DNA of 64,000 nt from assembly GCA_963799485.1 (NCBI GenBank), contig CAWCXJ010000007.1, forward strand, positions 448,001 to 512,000. Direction: 5' to 3'. The translations under genes and the position numbers were made by a program. Origin of the DNA: an uncultured Trueperaceae bacterium (GTDB lineage: Bacteria; Deinococcota; Deinococci; Deinococcales; Trueperaceae). Below the pieces are notes generated by a model. The model had not been told where the DNA came from. It ran no database searches and was given only the letters and a program-made list of their open reading frames with translations. Positions 10,617-20,620 of the stretch are shown in pieces (within the stretch, counting starts at the first letter, position 1; each line of letters opens with the position of its first letter).

Positions 10617-11945
10617 ATGCAGACCCCCGCCCCTGACCCTTACGCCGCGCCGCCCAGCGCGGGGGGTTCTGTCCGCTTCACCGGAACAGCCAAGCGGGCC
10701 GCCGCGGGCATGACCGGGCCTGGGCGCGTTGGCCCTGTTCATTTCCGCCTGTGGCGGCACCCCGCCCAAGCCGCCCGTGCCACCGGAATGTTGCGACCCC
10801 GCCGTGCCGGGCGACTGCGACACGAACCAATTAACCCAGCTCCTGCAACAAGGCCCCTTTGCCCTGAACAACCCCAATTTGGTAGGCAACTTGGGCGACA
10901 TTTACCCGGATGCGGTTGTTTGATCCCAACAGGCGGTCCGGAAGTTGTAAATGCCGATGAACAGATTGCATTTGTCACTGAAACGTTAACTTCCCGCTTT
11001 GGAGATAATAATCCAAAAATGCCAGCAAGGCAATTGGATATTATTCAGGACGCGAACGGCCTGATTTCCGAGAGTCCCAAACATTCGTGAAAGGGCAGGT
11101 CTGGCTACTCTTTTAGGTACACCAATGGAATCTATTATTGACTACTGGCGAGGAGATAAATCTGAAGCTTCACAATTAGACTGAAATTCTAACTAGCCGA
11201 GATGAACCTTACCTCTTGAAATTGTTGCTCAACTTCGTTTTTACGATGATGGAACTCAGCGTTTGGTTTTAAATCAGCCAACATATCGGCGAAAGACCTG
11301 AGCTAAAAGGGGTGATTATTGCCGGGGAAACCTTGCGGAATTTAAACCCGGATGAGGACGGCTATTACCAGCAGTTGATGTTGCGCGCTGGGCATTGCGG
11401 AAACCTGGAACCAGATGGTAAAAGCCAACCCGGACTTAGCCAGCCGGGAAACCTTTTTAACACAAGCGTACAACTATACGGCAATTGGCCGATTAAACAC
11501 CATTCAGCCCGATGGCCAGCTTGGCATTTTTACAGGCGATGGCAACTCTATTTTCCCAAACAGCCCCACCGAACAAGGACAAGCTATCAAAGCTTTTGCT
11601 GATTTGGAAGACTCTTCATACGATAATGATCAGGATCAGCTGGGCGCGATGGTGAAACCCATTACGCGGGCGCTTATCGCGGGCTCTGGCCATGAGGCGG
11701 AAGTAGACGGGATTACCACCTACCAGCAAGCCCTTAACCTGATTGAGCAATACTACACCGCTCTGAGCCCGGAAGCTCGGCTGGCCCTGGCGGAAACATA
11801 TCAATTGGACGTGCCGGACAGCAAGGTCTGCGAGGAGGTGCCGGTAGTGGGGTCAAAAAGCCTGAAGCTGGACACGCCCCGCGCCGTTCGGGAGTGGGGG
11901 CGCGTCCGGGCGCTGCGTCGTGAAAACGTCGTGGAGGGGCGGTGA
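10617..11945 (+). pseudogene. Fragmented lipoprotein gene of lower GC
   Basis: Lipobox-like ISAC in the 10729 frame. Successive ORF fragments (10617, 10729, 11312, 11415) are broken by frameshifts and stops. Confidence 0.5.
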
Positions 11946-12928
11946 AGCGCATCCGGCGTTTGTTCATCGTCGGTGCGGTGCTCCTGCTGGCGGCGTGCGG
12001 TGCTCAGGGGGGCACACAGAACCGCGCCCCCTCCGCCGACGCCGGGCCGGACCAGACCGTTTCGCCGGGAGCGACGGTGACACTGGACGGGAGCGGCTCT
12101 TCCGACTCCGACGGCGACGCCCTCAGCTACGCTTGGGCGCTGACCGAAAGACCTTCGGGGAGCAGCGCCGTCCTTGCACGCGCCGACGGGGTGACGAGCA
12201 CCTTCATCGCGGACGCGGCGGGGGTTTACAGCGCCGCCTTGACCGTTTCCGACGGCTCCGAGGCAGATACCGACGGCGTGAACGTCACGGTGGGAGCCGC
12301 GCCCGTGGCGGTGGCGACCTCCGTCGGGACCTACCAGTTTGAGGGTCAGGCCGACGTGGGCACCTTTTTGCTGGTGGTCGTCGAGGACGCGGCGGCGACC
12401 GGGGCGGTGGCGACTGTGACGGTGAGCGGGCCGGGGGGATGGAACAACGGCCAGCCCTATGTGTTCGAGGCGCGCGTGGACAACGACCGGCCCGCGAACT
12501 TCAACACCGCCATCGGCTACGGCGAGCTGTTGGCGGTCGCCGGGGAGTACACGTTCAGCGTCGCCTACCGCGGCGAGACCTACGCGTTCACCAAGCGGCT
12601 TGATCCCAGCTTGCGGCTGCCTGCGCCCGCCAACCTGCAAGCGAGCGGGGTTAGCGCCGACTCGGTGACGCTCGGCGCGGCGGCGGTCGCCGGGGCGGCC
12701 TGGTACAACGGCTACCTCGAGGACCCGTTTGCTATCGAGTACGGCCCCACCCTGCCCCTCACCCTTACGGGCCTCAGCTTGAGCGAAGGGGAAACCTATC
12801 AGGCGTTTCTGGCGGCCTACACTCTCGACTTGTTCAGCGCCAGCATCGAAGAAGTGAACCGCGTGCAGGTCAACTTTTCACTGAGCGGCGTGGAGGTCGC
12901 GGTGCCGCCCTCGGCGGGCGGGCCGTAG
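11942..12928 (+). CDS. Lipoprotein with a PKD/REJ-like Ig domain
   Basis: LAAC lipobox; NRAPSADAGPDQTV...LDGSGSSDSDGDALSYAW. Confidence 0.82.
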   Translation: MKRIRRLFIVGAVLLLAACGAQGGTQNRAPSADAGPDQTVSPGATVTLDGSGSSDSDGDALSYAWALTERPSGSSAVLARADGVTSTFIADAAGVYSAALTVSDGSEADTDGVNVTVGAAPVAVATSVGTYQFEGQADVGTFLLVVVEDAAATGAVATVTVSGPGGWNNGQPYVFEARVDNDRPANFNTAIGYGELLAVAGEYTFSVAYRGETYAFTKRLDPSLRLPAPANLQASGVSADSVTLGAAAVAGAAWYNGYLEDPFAIEYGPTLPLTLTGLSLSEGETYQAFLAAYTLDLFSASIEEVNRVQVNFSLSGVEVAVPPSAGGP

Positions 12929-13052
12929 GCCCGGCGCTTGTAAGCGCGGCACCACTTTAGTCCGTTACGGTTCCTCTGAAAGCGTGTGGGACTCTCACCC
13001 GAAAGTTCTGCTGAGCAAGCTCGGCTTTGCGCCTCACGCTGCCCGCGATGCG

Positions 13053-13856
13053 CTACCCACCTGCACCGCCGGACGCTAAGCCACCCGATACCGCACCGCC
13101 TGAAACTGTTCCCCCTGAGACTGCGCCGCCGGACGTTGCGCCCCCCGACGCGGCCACACCTGATTCCGGTGACGCGCCCGCAAGCGCGTTTTCGGGGTCG
13201 GTTTCGGCGGGCGCGCCGAAGGTGTAGGCAGCCTCGAGCAACCCTAAATCGGCGCGGTTGACGACGCCGTTTTCGTCGATGTCGGCGGGCAAGCTGACGC
13301 CGGTCTCACCGAACGCACTGCCGAAATCGGCGAGGTCGTAAAAGTCCACCACGCCGTCTTGGTTGATGTCCGCCGGGACAAACGCTGCCAAGGCCCGGAG
13401 CGCGTCTTCGTCGGCGGGTGTGAGGTCTGCACTCGATTCTTGCGGAATCGCCGGGTTCATCACCCCGCGCGCACCCGGTGCCGGGCTCAGCCCTGCCAAC
13501 AGCCCGAGTTCGTGGGTAAGCGCCCGGTCATTCGGCTCGCCGGGGTTGAGCAGCACGTCGGTCGCAGGGTCGGGGCCTTTTTGCACGGTCAGTGAAAAAG
13601 TGTCGGGGCCGAAGCGCGTGCCGTCGCCGTAGGCGATCCGGTTGGGTGCGCCCTCGACCTCTTGCAGATCGACGACGCCGCCGGGTACCTCGAGCCAGGC
13701 AGCAGCGGCCCGGGCGACGCGCGTCCGGAGCGTGTCCGGCCCGCCGGTGGGGTCGATCCGGTACTCGAGGGCAAAAGCCAGGCTGCCGAGAACGAGCGCG
13801 CCCAAAAGGGGCCACTTGATAAAACGGTTTACGGAACGGTTCGCAAAACGGTTCAC
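13053..13856 (-). CDS. Secreted matrixin-like protein (degenerate Zn site) with C-terminal dockerin and xSGGx repeats
   Basis: Signal peptide; HELGLLAGLSP with GVMNP Met-turn; duplicated Ca loops ADINQDGVVDFYDL and ADIDENGVVNRADL. Confidence 0.78.
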   Translation of the reverse strand: MNRFANRSVNRFIKWPLLGALVLGSLAFALEYRIDPTGGPDTLRTRVARAAAAWLEVPGGVVDLQEVEGAPNRIAYGDGTRFGPDTFSLTVQKGPDPATDVLLNPGEPNDRALTHELGLLAGLSPAPGARGVMNPAIPQESSADLTPADEDALRALAAFVPADINQDGVVDFYDLADFGSAFGETGVSLPADIDENGVVNRADLGLLEAAYTFGAPAETDPENALAGASPESGVAASGGATSGGAVSGGTVSGGAVSGGLASGGAGG

Positions 13857-14392
13857 TGTGCGGCCCCCAACCGGGCTTCAAGCTCGTCTAGTACAGCCGT
13901 CTGCTCGCTACCCTCACCGTCGCGCAAAAGGCGTCCGGCGTCGCTCAGGCTGAGGAGCCGCCCGCTCAGGTCGCGAAAGCCGTTCGGCGTGGCCCGCCAC
14001 AGTCCTTGCGAAAAGCCGACGATAGGCGAGTAGTAGGGGGCGTCGTAGGCTAAAATCAAGACTTCATCGCCGCGGCTGAATTCGGGCATCCCTTCGACGC
14101 TCAGGCTGCGACCGTTCGGCAGGGTACCGCCGTAAAAGGCGAGCGTTACGGTGTCGCCTTCGGCGCTTGCGCCCAAGTCACCGGTCAGCGCCCGTAAAAC
14201 GCCAAACGTCACCTGCGTATACGGCTCACCGCTCCGCACCTGCACGGCAATCTCCGAGACGCGTCCAAAAAAGCCCAGCTCGGCGCGGCTGACAAGCTGC
14301 TCCAGACTCAGCTCCCGGTAGGTCGTTGCCGAGGCGAAACTCAGCGTTAGGGTCGTTAAAATCAGCGCGGTCAAAACGGTAAATGATTTCAT
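13853..14392 (-). CDS. Secreted protein of a TIMP/NTR-like OB-fold family often found beside matrixins
   Basis: Signal peptide; TTYRELSLEQLVSRAELGFFGRV...YTQVTF...GG...EGMPEFSRGDEV...VGFSQG. Confidence 0.65.
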   Translation of the reverse strand: MKSFTVLTALILTTLTLSFASATTYRELSLEQLVSRAELGFFGRVSEIAVQVRSGEPYTQVTFGVLRALTGDLGASAEGDTVTLAFYGGTLPNGRSLSVEGMPEFSRGDEVLILAYDAPYYSPIVGFSQGLWRATPNGFRDLSGRLLSLSDAGRLLRDGEGSEQTAVLDELEARLGAAQ

Positions 14393-15189
14393 TGTCCGGT
14401 GCCTCCGTCTGTCGGGGTGTCGGCGGTTCCTGTCCCGTTCAAGATATTGCCCGTCTCGTTGTTCAGCGTGTCTTCTACGGGGGTGGCGCTGTCCTGGGTA
14501 CTCGAGAAGCCGAACGCATCGTCGCGTGAACGGTATTCGGTGCGCGCCTCGAGGCTCAGGGTGTTGGGTTCGACCGGGCGCAGCTCGAACGAGAACAACT
14601 CCGCGTCGCCGTTTAGGGCCGGCCCTAAAAAGCTCAGGTCGACGTTGAGCTGTCCCGGACGGGTGCGCTGCAACAGCGCCAGGCTTCCCTGAGCCGGGCG
14701 GACGCTGCCCCCGACGAACTCAAACAGGGTGTCGTCCCAGCTTATCTGCGTTCGCAGCGCCTGCAGGTTCCGCGCCTCCCGCACGCTGATGGGGATACGC
14801 ACAGGGTCGCTGATGGTCGTCGGCGGCACATTCAAGACCAGTTCTGCCGGGGGCGCAGTCGTGACATTTACTGAAAAGTCTTCGATAGTGCGTGAGAGGC
14901 TGGCGTCGCTGACCTGAAGCGTAAAGGTGAAGTTTCCCTCGCGGGTCGGCGTACCGCTGATCGAACCGTTTTCCAGGGTCAAACCGGGCGGCAACTGACC
15001 GTCACGAAGCTCGAAATTGTAAGGAGCCAGCCCACCGTTGACCACAAAGTCAAAGGTGTAGGGCTCACCCAGATAGGCCGGCCCCAAGGTCGAGGCGAAC
15101 ACGGTCAGCGGGTCGCCGGGGGTATTGAGCTCGCCGCAACCGCCAAGCGTCAGGCTTAGCAGCAGCGCCAAGCGCCAGGGTCTTGTCAT
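14389..15189 (-). CDS. Lipoprotein with a putative Ig (He_PIG) domain and a cohesin-like domain
   Basis: LGGC lipobox; GGLAPY...LPPGLTL...ISGTPT; VRIPISV...NLQAL...ISWDDTLFEFV...PGQLNV...NGDAELFSFEL. Confidence 0.75.
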   Translation of the reverse strand: MTRPWRLALLLSLTLGGCGELNTPGDPLTVFASTLGPAYLGEPYTFDFVVNGGLAPYNFELRDGQLPPGLTLENGSISGTPTREGNFTFTLQVSDASLSRTIEDFSVNVTTAPPAELVLNVPPTTISDPVRIPISVREARNLQALRTQISWDDTLFEFVGGSVRPAQGSLALLQRTRPGQLNVDLSFLGPALNGDAELFSFELRPVEPNTLSLEARTEYRSRDDAFGFSSTQDSATPVEDTLNNETGNILNGTGTADTPTDGGTGQ

Positions 15190-15272
15190 AGGCTCTACCG
15201 TATCATCCTGGAGATTAGAAGCCTTTGTCAGTTGACCCGGGCAGCCGGTGAGGGCGTAAGTTAGGCTGCAGC

Positions 15273-15896
15273 ATGACACCGGAAAAGGTAATACCGGAGG
15301 TTTACGCTGAAGTCGAACGGGCGTGCGCCGCGCCGAATAACGTTTTCGGTTACGGTATCTGGACGCATCACATCATGAGCGTCGTGCGGTTTGGTCGTGA
15401 GTTGGCCCACGCGACCGGGGCCGACCCGGAGATCGTCGAACTCGCCGCGCTTTTGCACGACTACGCCGGGATCAAAGACGTGGCGCTCGAGCCTGAACAC
15501 CACCGGCACGGCGCGGCTCTGGCCCGGAAGCTGTTAGGCGCGCTGGACTATCCCGCTGCGCGCGCCGAAAGGGTTGCCGCGTGCATCTTGACCCACCGGG
15601 CGAGTCGGACGCTTCAGCCGGAGACGCTCGAGGCCCGCGTGCTGGCCTCCGCCGACGCTGCGGCGCACATCGCGCAGGTTCCGTCGTTGCTGCACCTCGC
15701 CTATGTTCGTAAGGGTTTGGGCGTAGACGAGGGCGCGGCGTGGGTGCGCGCCAAGCTCGAGCGGAGCCGCCGTAAACTCATGCCTGAGGCTGAAGCGCTT
15801 GTCGGTGAGCACTACCGAGCAGCTTTAGAAGTTCTCGCCGACACCGCAACACCGTCTACTGCAATACCGTCTAGCGCGCGCGCCTCCCGCGACTAA
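15273..15896 (+). CDS. HD domain protein
   Basis: H...ALLHD...HH...H...D motif set. Confidence 0.85.
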   Translation: MTPEKVIPEVYAEVERACAAPNNVFGYGIWTHHIMSVVRFGRELAHATGADPEIVELAALLHDYAGIKDVALEPEHHRHGAALARKLLGALDYPAARAERVAACILTHRASRTLQPETLEARVLASADAAAHIAQVPSLLHLAYVRKGLGVDEGAAWVRAKLERSRRKLMPEAEALVGEHYRAALEVLADTATPSTAIPSSARASRD

Positions 15897-15922
15897 AGCA
15901 GATGCCGACCCGGGCAGGGGTT

Positions 15923-17002
15923 TTATGACGACTTCATAGACGAGACACTAAACCCGATAACCGCTTCGGTAAAGGCTTCCGTCCCCCGACTTCCCCCCAA
16001 GTCTTTCGTCGGCGCTTCTGCGAGCGCCCGCTGCACTGCGTGCTCAACGGCTTTGGCGGCCTCGGGTTGCCCCAGGCCGTACTCGAGCATCAGCGCCGCC
16101 GAGAGCATCGTCCCGACCGGGTTGGCGAGGCCTTTTCCGGCAATATCCGGCGCAGAGCCGTGAACAGGCTCGAATAAACCGGGGCCGTCGCCCAAGCTGG
16201 CGGAGGGCAACAGCCCCAGTGAGCCCGGAATGACGGCGGCGAGGTCGGACAAAATATCGCCGAACAGGTTTGAGGTGACGAGCACGTCGAACTGGCGGGG
16301 ACTACTGGCAATCTGCATGGCGGCGTTGTCGACGTAGAGGTGCTCCAACGTCACGTCGCTGTATTCGGTTTCATGAATACTCACCACCACGTCGCGCCAA
16401 AACTGCGAAACGTCGAGAACATTGGCCTTGTCTACGCTCGTAACGCGGCCTCCGCGCAAACGGGCCGCGTCAAAGGCGACGCGGGCGATGCGTTCGACTT
16501 CGGGGCGGGTATAGACGTCGGTGGAGACGCCCTCGTCGGGGGTATTGTGTGAGGGTTTACCAAAGTAAATCCCGCCGGTCAGCTCGCGGACGATGAGCAT
16601 GTCGGTACCTGCAGCGACGGTGCTTTTAAGCGGGGAGAGATGCTCGAGCCCCCCAAACACCCGTACCGGGCGCAGATTGCTGTAGACGCCTAAGTGTTTA
16701 CGAATCCCCAAAATCCCCGACTCGACCCGTTTTTCACGGGGTACACGGTTCCACGGATGGTCGCCGACCGGCCCTCCGGCTGAGCCCATCAGCACGGCGT
16801 CGCTCTCCGCGCAGACCTGTTTGGTCTCTTCGGGTAGCGGCGTCCCGAATTCGTCTAGCGCCCCGCCGCCGAAGGGGAGGCGCGTGTACGCCAGAGCTAT
16901 CCCGTAATGCGGTGTTACGGCCTCTAGCAGCTTGATGGTCGCGTCGACGACCTCCGGGCCGATAAAGTCTCCGGGCAAAACGGCAATGTTGTAGTTCGTC
17001 AT
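15923..17002 (-). CDS. leuB: 3-isopropylmalate dehydrogenase
   Basis: LPGDFIGPEV, IVRELTGGIYFG, VDKANV, NLFGDILSD, EPVHGSAPDIAG. Confidence 0.96.
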   Translation of the reverse strand: MTNYNIAVLPGDFIGPEVVDATIKLLEAVTPHYGIALAYTRLPFGGGALDEFGTPLPEETKQVCAESDAVLMGSAGGPVGDHPWNRVPREKRVESGILGIRKHLGVYSNLRPVRVFGGLEHLSPLKSTVAAGTDMLIVRELTGGIYFGKPSHNTPDEGVSTDVYTRPEVERIARVAFDAARLRGGRVTSVDKANVLDVSQFWRDVVVSIHETEYSDVTLEHLYVDNAAMQIASSPRQFDVLVTSNLFGDILSDLAAVIPGSLGLLPSASLGDGPGLFEPVHGSAPDIAGKGLANPVGTMLSAALMLEYGLGQPEAAKAVEHAVQRALAEAPTKDLGGSRGTEAFTEAVIGFSVSSMKSS

Positions 17003-17815
17003 GGTTCCTCCGGTGCTGCGGGCTTGACGGCTAGAATCAGCGCCACCGGCATCTGAAAACGCACCGCCCGCGAGCCTTCGTATTCGATCTCAAATATCTT
17101 CCGGGCGTGTGCGTCGGCACCTGCCAGCAGGTCGTAAGTGGCTCCTGTCGTCACGTCGTCCGGGCCGACCTTCCGGGACCGACGCTTGACGTTGGTAGAA
17201 TAGTGCGTCACGTCGTCCCCGACAATCCACGAAAGCCCCGCCCCGGCAATCAAGACGCGCCACTCGCCCAGCGTATAGGCCCGCACATGCGTCGCGGGTA
17301 CGCTCGAGGCGGTCGTACCACGCGTCTATCGCTCCGGCCCCGGTGTCCGGCGTCGTTTCGTCGGCGATAACCAGGCGTCCACCCGGTTTGAGAAGCCGCG
17401 CCACTTCTGCGAGGGTGGCTTTGAGGTCAGGGTGAGGATGCAGCGTGTGCCGCGCGGTAATAAGGTCGAAGCTGGCAGCTCTCAAACCCGTGTTGTGGGC
17501 GGGTGCCTCGCTGAACTCGAGGTTGGGCCGGTCGTAAAGCTTGCTGGCAGCGCGTAGCATTCCGCTCGACACGTCGAGGCCGACGACCCGCGCGGCACGT
17601 TCAGCCAGAGCTGCCGCCGTATGACCTGTACCCGTACCAACGGCGAGACACTTGTCTGCAGCATGGGAGCGCGCTAAAGCCAAACGCTTGGCGAGTGAAG
17701 GGCCGCTCCGATGAACCTCGTTGTTCGCGTAAGCTTCGCGCCGGGCGCTCCAGGTCTGAGCGTTCGGAGCTACCGACGCCGGAGCAGCTGACCCTAGCTG
17801 TTTGGAGTCTTTCAC
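16999..17815 (-). pseudogene. Class I SAM methyltransferase, frameshifted near 17290
   Basis: CLAVGTGTG (degenerate motif I), FDLITAR, LKPGGRL. The ...RD(P)THVRAY motif is split across ORFs 17090-17815 and 16999-17286. Confidence 0.78.
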
Positions 17816-18147
17816 GCCCTTAGTTTACCGCCTGACCCTGTTTGTCCGCAGGTATTGGGCGAGCTGAGAACGCCGCTATGATCACAGCCGGGTATAGAAG
17901 AGCCTACTTTGCAAACGTATCGACCCTAAATCTTTCAGCCTCTTTTGCTGTAAACCCTAGGCAGAACATCAAAAATGCAGCGTAATGCGGGGAGGTTCAA
18001 ATGTTATCGGGTTGGAACATTAAGATTGCGCGGTCTGATGAAGCAAGCTTCCAAGCCTCATAATAAAGCAGAGCAATCTGAGCCAGCTCACAATTTGGGG
18101 GTACATTCCTAAACGGCAGCTAAACTTCTTGCTATACTCACCTGCAT

Positions 18148-18732
18148 ATGAAACGCTCTATTCAAGAGATTGTCGAACTCGTCGTTTTTGCGGTTATCGC
18201 TCTTCTCGTTGCAGCCGGTGTTATCTGGCTTGTCGGTTGGCTTGTCGGCCTGCTAGGGTCGCTCCTCATGTGGGTTGCCGGGATACTCTGGTGGCTGCTC
18301 CGCTGGATTATTCCGGTCGTCGTTATCATCGTCGCGATATACGCCCTGTTCAGGTTGCTTCAGCGCCAGAACCAGAAGCGCGCCGAAAAGCCCGCGCACC
18401 AGCCCATCGTCAGCGGCCCGAGGAGTAGCGGAGCCCCGCGCGCCGACTCACCGACGAAAATAGCGGATAAAAGCAGCTCCGGCAACGTTCCACCGGTCGG
18501 TGTCTCCCCGAGCATGGCGACCGGCAGGCCCGCCGGCACCTCACCCGCCGCTGCACCTGTAACGACCCCGCCGCCCGTAACTGCCTCCGGCGAACCGGTC
18601 AGCCCGCTAGGAACCTCACCCGAGGTCAGCCCGGCCCCTGATGAAGGTATCCCCGAATCTGGCGAACCCATCAATGCCGCAGCTGAACCTACAACCGGAG
18701 AGGAACAAAGCGGTTCCGACAAAGAAAAGTAA
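18148..18732 (+). CDS. Hypothetical membrane protein with a Pro/Ser-rich tail
   Basis: N-terminal hydrophobic hairpin, TATACT -10 upstream, terminator downstream. Confidence 0.75.
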   Translation: MKRSIQEIVELVVFAVIALLVAAGVIWLVGWLVGLLGSLLMWVAGILWWLLRWIIPVVVIIVAIYALFRLLQRQNQKRAEKPAHQPIVSGPRSSGAPRADSPTKIADKSSSGNVPPVGVSPSMATGRPAGTSPAAAPVTTPPPVTASGEPVSPLGTSPEVSPAPDEGIPESGEPINAAAEPTTGEEQSGSDKEK

Positions 18733-18755
18733 AACGGTCTTCAATCAAAAGCTTT

Positions 18756-18784
18756 ACCCCGGGTTCAGCGCCCGGGGTTTTTTT
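18756..18784 (+). terminator. Rho-independent terminator
   Basis: accccggg-N7-cccggggt stem followed by a T-run. Confidence 0.8.
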
Positions 18785-18851
18785 ACTGCCGGTTCGGCAA
18801 AGCTGCTTTTTGCCGTTACACCGGACACGCCCGAACAGCGCGTGGGCGTTG

Positions 18852-18881
18852 TTGACACATTTTTGGCACCCGTGATAGGCT
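18852..18881 (+). promoter_or_regulatory. Sigma70-type promoter of the tRNA pair
   Basis: TTGACA, 18 nt, TAGGCT with an upstream TG. Confidence 0.65.
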
Positions 18882-18890
18882 CTAGTTCCT

Positions 18891-18964
<74 letters not shown>

Positions 18965-18995
18965 GAACCCTAAAGCAGTTCCGGGGAAGATATAC

Positions 18996-19070
18996 AGGCG
19001 CGTAGCTCAGTGGGAGAGCGCTACATTGACACTGTAGAGGTCGGCAGTTCAATCCTGCCCGCGCCTACCA
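18996..19070 (+). tRNA. tRNA-Val(GAC)
   Basis: AGGCGCG acceptor, CTACA-TTGACAC-TGTAG anticodon arm, GTTCAATC, CCA end. Confidence 0.96.
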
Positions 19071-19080
19071 AGAGAAACAA
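19026..19080 (+). repeat. att site, left copy (3' half of tRNA-Val plus 10 nt)
   Basis: 55 bp identical to 42408-42462. Confidence 0.93.
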
Positions 19081-19099
19081 TGTGACAGACGGCAAAAGT

Positions 19100-19130
19100 A
19101 AGAACCCCGCTAAGTGCGGGGTTTCTTCTT
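19100..19130 (+). terminator. Hairpin terminator between tRNA-Val and the convergent integrase
   Basis: aagaaccccgc-taagt-gcggggtttctt. Confidence 0.7.
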
Positions 19131-19140
19131 TGGACGGCAT

Positions 19141-19161
19141 TTAAGACCAATTTAAGACCAC
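19141..19161 (+). repeat. Putative integrase arm-type site (TTAAGACCA x2)
   Basis: ttaagaccaatttaagaccac, identical at 42261-42281. Confidence 0.75.
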
Positions 19162-19166
19162 GAGAT

Positions 19167-20309
19167 TTAGTTCAGCGTGTCCGGGTTGCTTTTAGGCAAA
19201 AAGTCGAGCAGTGACACAGCACTTTGCGCTTTTTGCGATTCAAACAGATGCGTGTAGCGGTCGAGCGTAAATGATGCGCGGCTGTGGCCTAGCCGGTCGG
19301 CAAGCACCTTTGGATCCATCCCGCCCTTGATCGCTACAGAGGCGTGTAGGTGTCTCAGGTCGTGAAGCCGGACTTTCGGCACGTCGGCTTCTTTCATAAG
19401 GTAGTCCCGCACGCGCTTCAGGTTGTCGGGGTTTAGGGGCGTGCCGACTTCGGAGGTAAAAACGAGTTCGGAATGTTCCCAGGTATCACCTAGCAAGGCG
19501 CGCTCGGCGTCTTGACGTTGACGGTGCAAGAGCAGCACCTCGAGCACATCCGGCGATAAGGCGACGGTGCGAAATCCCTTGCGGGTTTTCGGCGTCGATA
19601 AGGTGAGCTTGCTTCCGACCTTTACGAGCGTCTGCTTGACGTGCAATAAGCTGCCCTCTATGTCAACCCAGCGCAGCCCTAACAGCTCACCGCGCCGTAG
19701 GCCGGTTGCCATACCCAGATAAAAGAAAGCGTAGAGCCGGTGTCCCCTCGCCACATCGAGAAACCGTGCCGCCTGTTCCGGCTCCCACAAGGTCATCTCC
19801 CGGTGGGGCTCTTTTACAGGTTCAGTCGCCTCTACGGGGTTACGGGTCACAAGTTGCCAGCGGATCGCCTGTTTATAGGCGCTGAAGAGGACGGTGCGGC
19901 ACTTCGCCGCTCGAGCCGCGCCTGAAACGTCGTATATCCCGTTGACGAGGCTCTGCACCTGCAAAGGGGTGAGCTTATCGAGCTTGACGTTACCGATGAT
20001 CGGCACGATTGAGCGGTCTATACAGCTCTTGTACTGCTCTAAGGTCGAGGGTTTTAGCGTGCGCTTTTTCTCCCCTAGCCACCGCTCGAGGTAAGCCGCT
20101 ATCGTCAGCTTTATGTCGGTGTAGACGCCGCTGGCTATCTGCTGTTTGAGGATTTCGATCTTCTCGCGTACTTCGGCTTGGGTGCGTCCGTACACGGTTT
20201 TGCGTTTCCGCTTACCTTCACCGTCGTACCCGAGGCTAATCTTGGCTTCCCGGGTGCCGTCGGGTCGTTTCGAGATCGTGCCCTCACCGTCTGCTCGTTT
20301 ACGTGCCAT
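19167..20309 (-). CDS. Tyrosine recombinase/integrase
   Basis: GEGTI N-terminal arm domain, TGLRRGEL, RLHDLRH, RLGHS, DRYTH. Confidence 0.96.
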   Translation of the reverse strand: MARKRADGEGTISKRPDGTREAKISLGYDGEGKRKRKTVYGRTQAEVREKIEILKQQIASGVYTDIKLTIAAYLERWLGEKKRTLKPSTLEQYKSCIDRSIVPIIGNVKLDKLTPLQVQSLVNGIYDVSGAARAAKCRTVLFSAYKQAIRWQLVTRNPVEATEPVKEPHREMTLWEPEQAARFLDVARGHRLYAFFYLGMATGLRRGELLGLRWVDIEGSLLHVKQTLVKVGSKLTLSTPKTRKGFRTVALSPDVLEVLLLHRQRQDAERALLGDTWEHSELVFTSEVGTPLNPDNLKRVRDYLMKEADVPKVRLHDLRHLHASVAIKGGMDPKVLADRLGHSRASFTLDRYTHLFESQKAQSAVSLLDFLPKSNPDTLN

Positions 20310-20311
20310 CT

Positions 20312-20620
20312 TTACCCCTTCCCCAACCTTTTGCTAGCTACGCGGTACACGTCCCTTTTATCGCCTTCTTTACGGATACCGACGACTACGACCGTTACAA
20401 CACCCTCGAGGCTCGCTATCTGATACACCACCCGGTAGCGTTGCCCTGCGGCCCTGACGACGCGGTAATCCGCTAAATCTCTGCTCAGGGTCTTACCCTG
20501 CTTGTCGGGTTCGGTGTCTAAGTCAAGTGCTTTACGAATCACTGCGTTCCGGGTTCGCACGTCGGTAATCGCCTCGAGGTCTCTATCTACCTCGTCAGTA
20601 AAGATGACCTCAAAGGTCAA
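20312..20620 (-). CDS. RelE/ParE family toxin
   Basis: FEVIFTDE...GKTLSRDLADYRVVRA...YRVVY...VVVVGIR. Confidence 0.88.
   Translation of the reverse strand: MTFEVIFTDEVDRDLEAITDVRTRNAVIRKALDLDTEPDKQGKTLSRDLADYRVVRAAGQRYRVVYQIASLEGVVTVVVVGIRKEGDKRDVYRVASKRLGKG

Noticed and set aside
18030..18070. Hammerhead ribozyme at CTGATGA
   Set aside because: No correctly placed GAAA or supporting stems.
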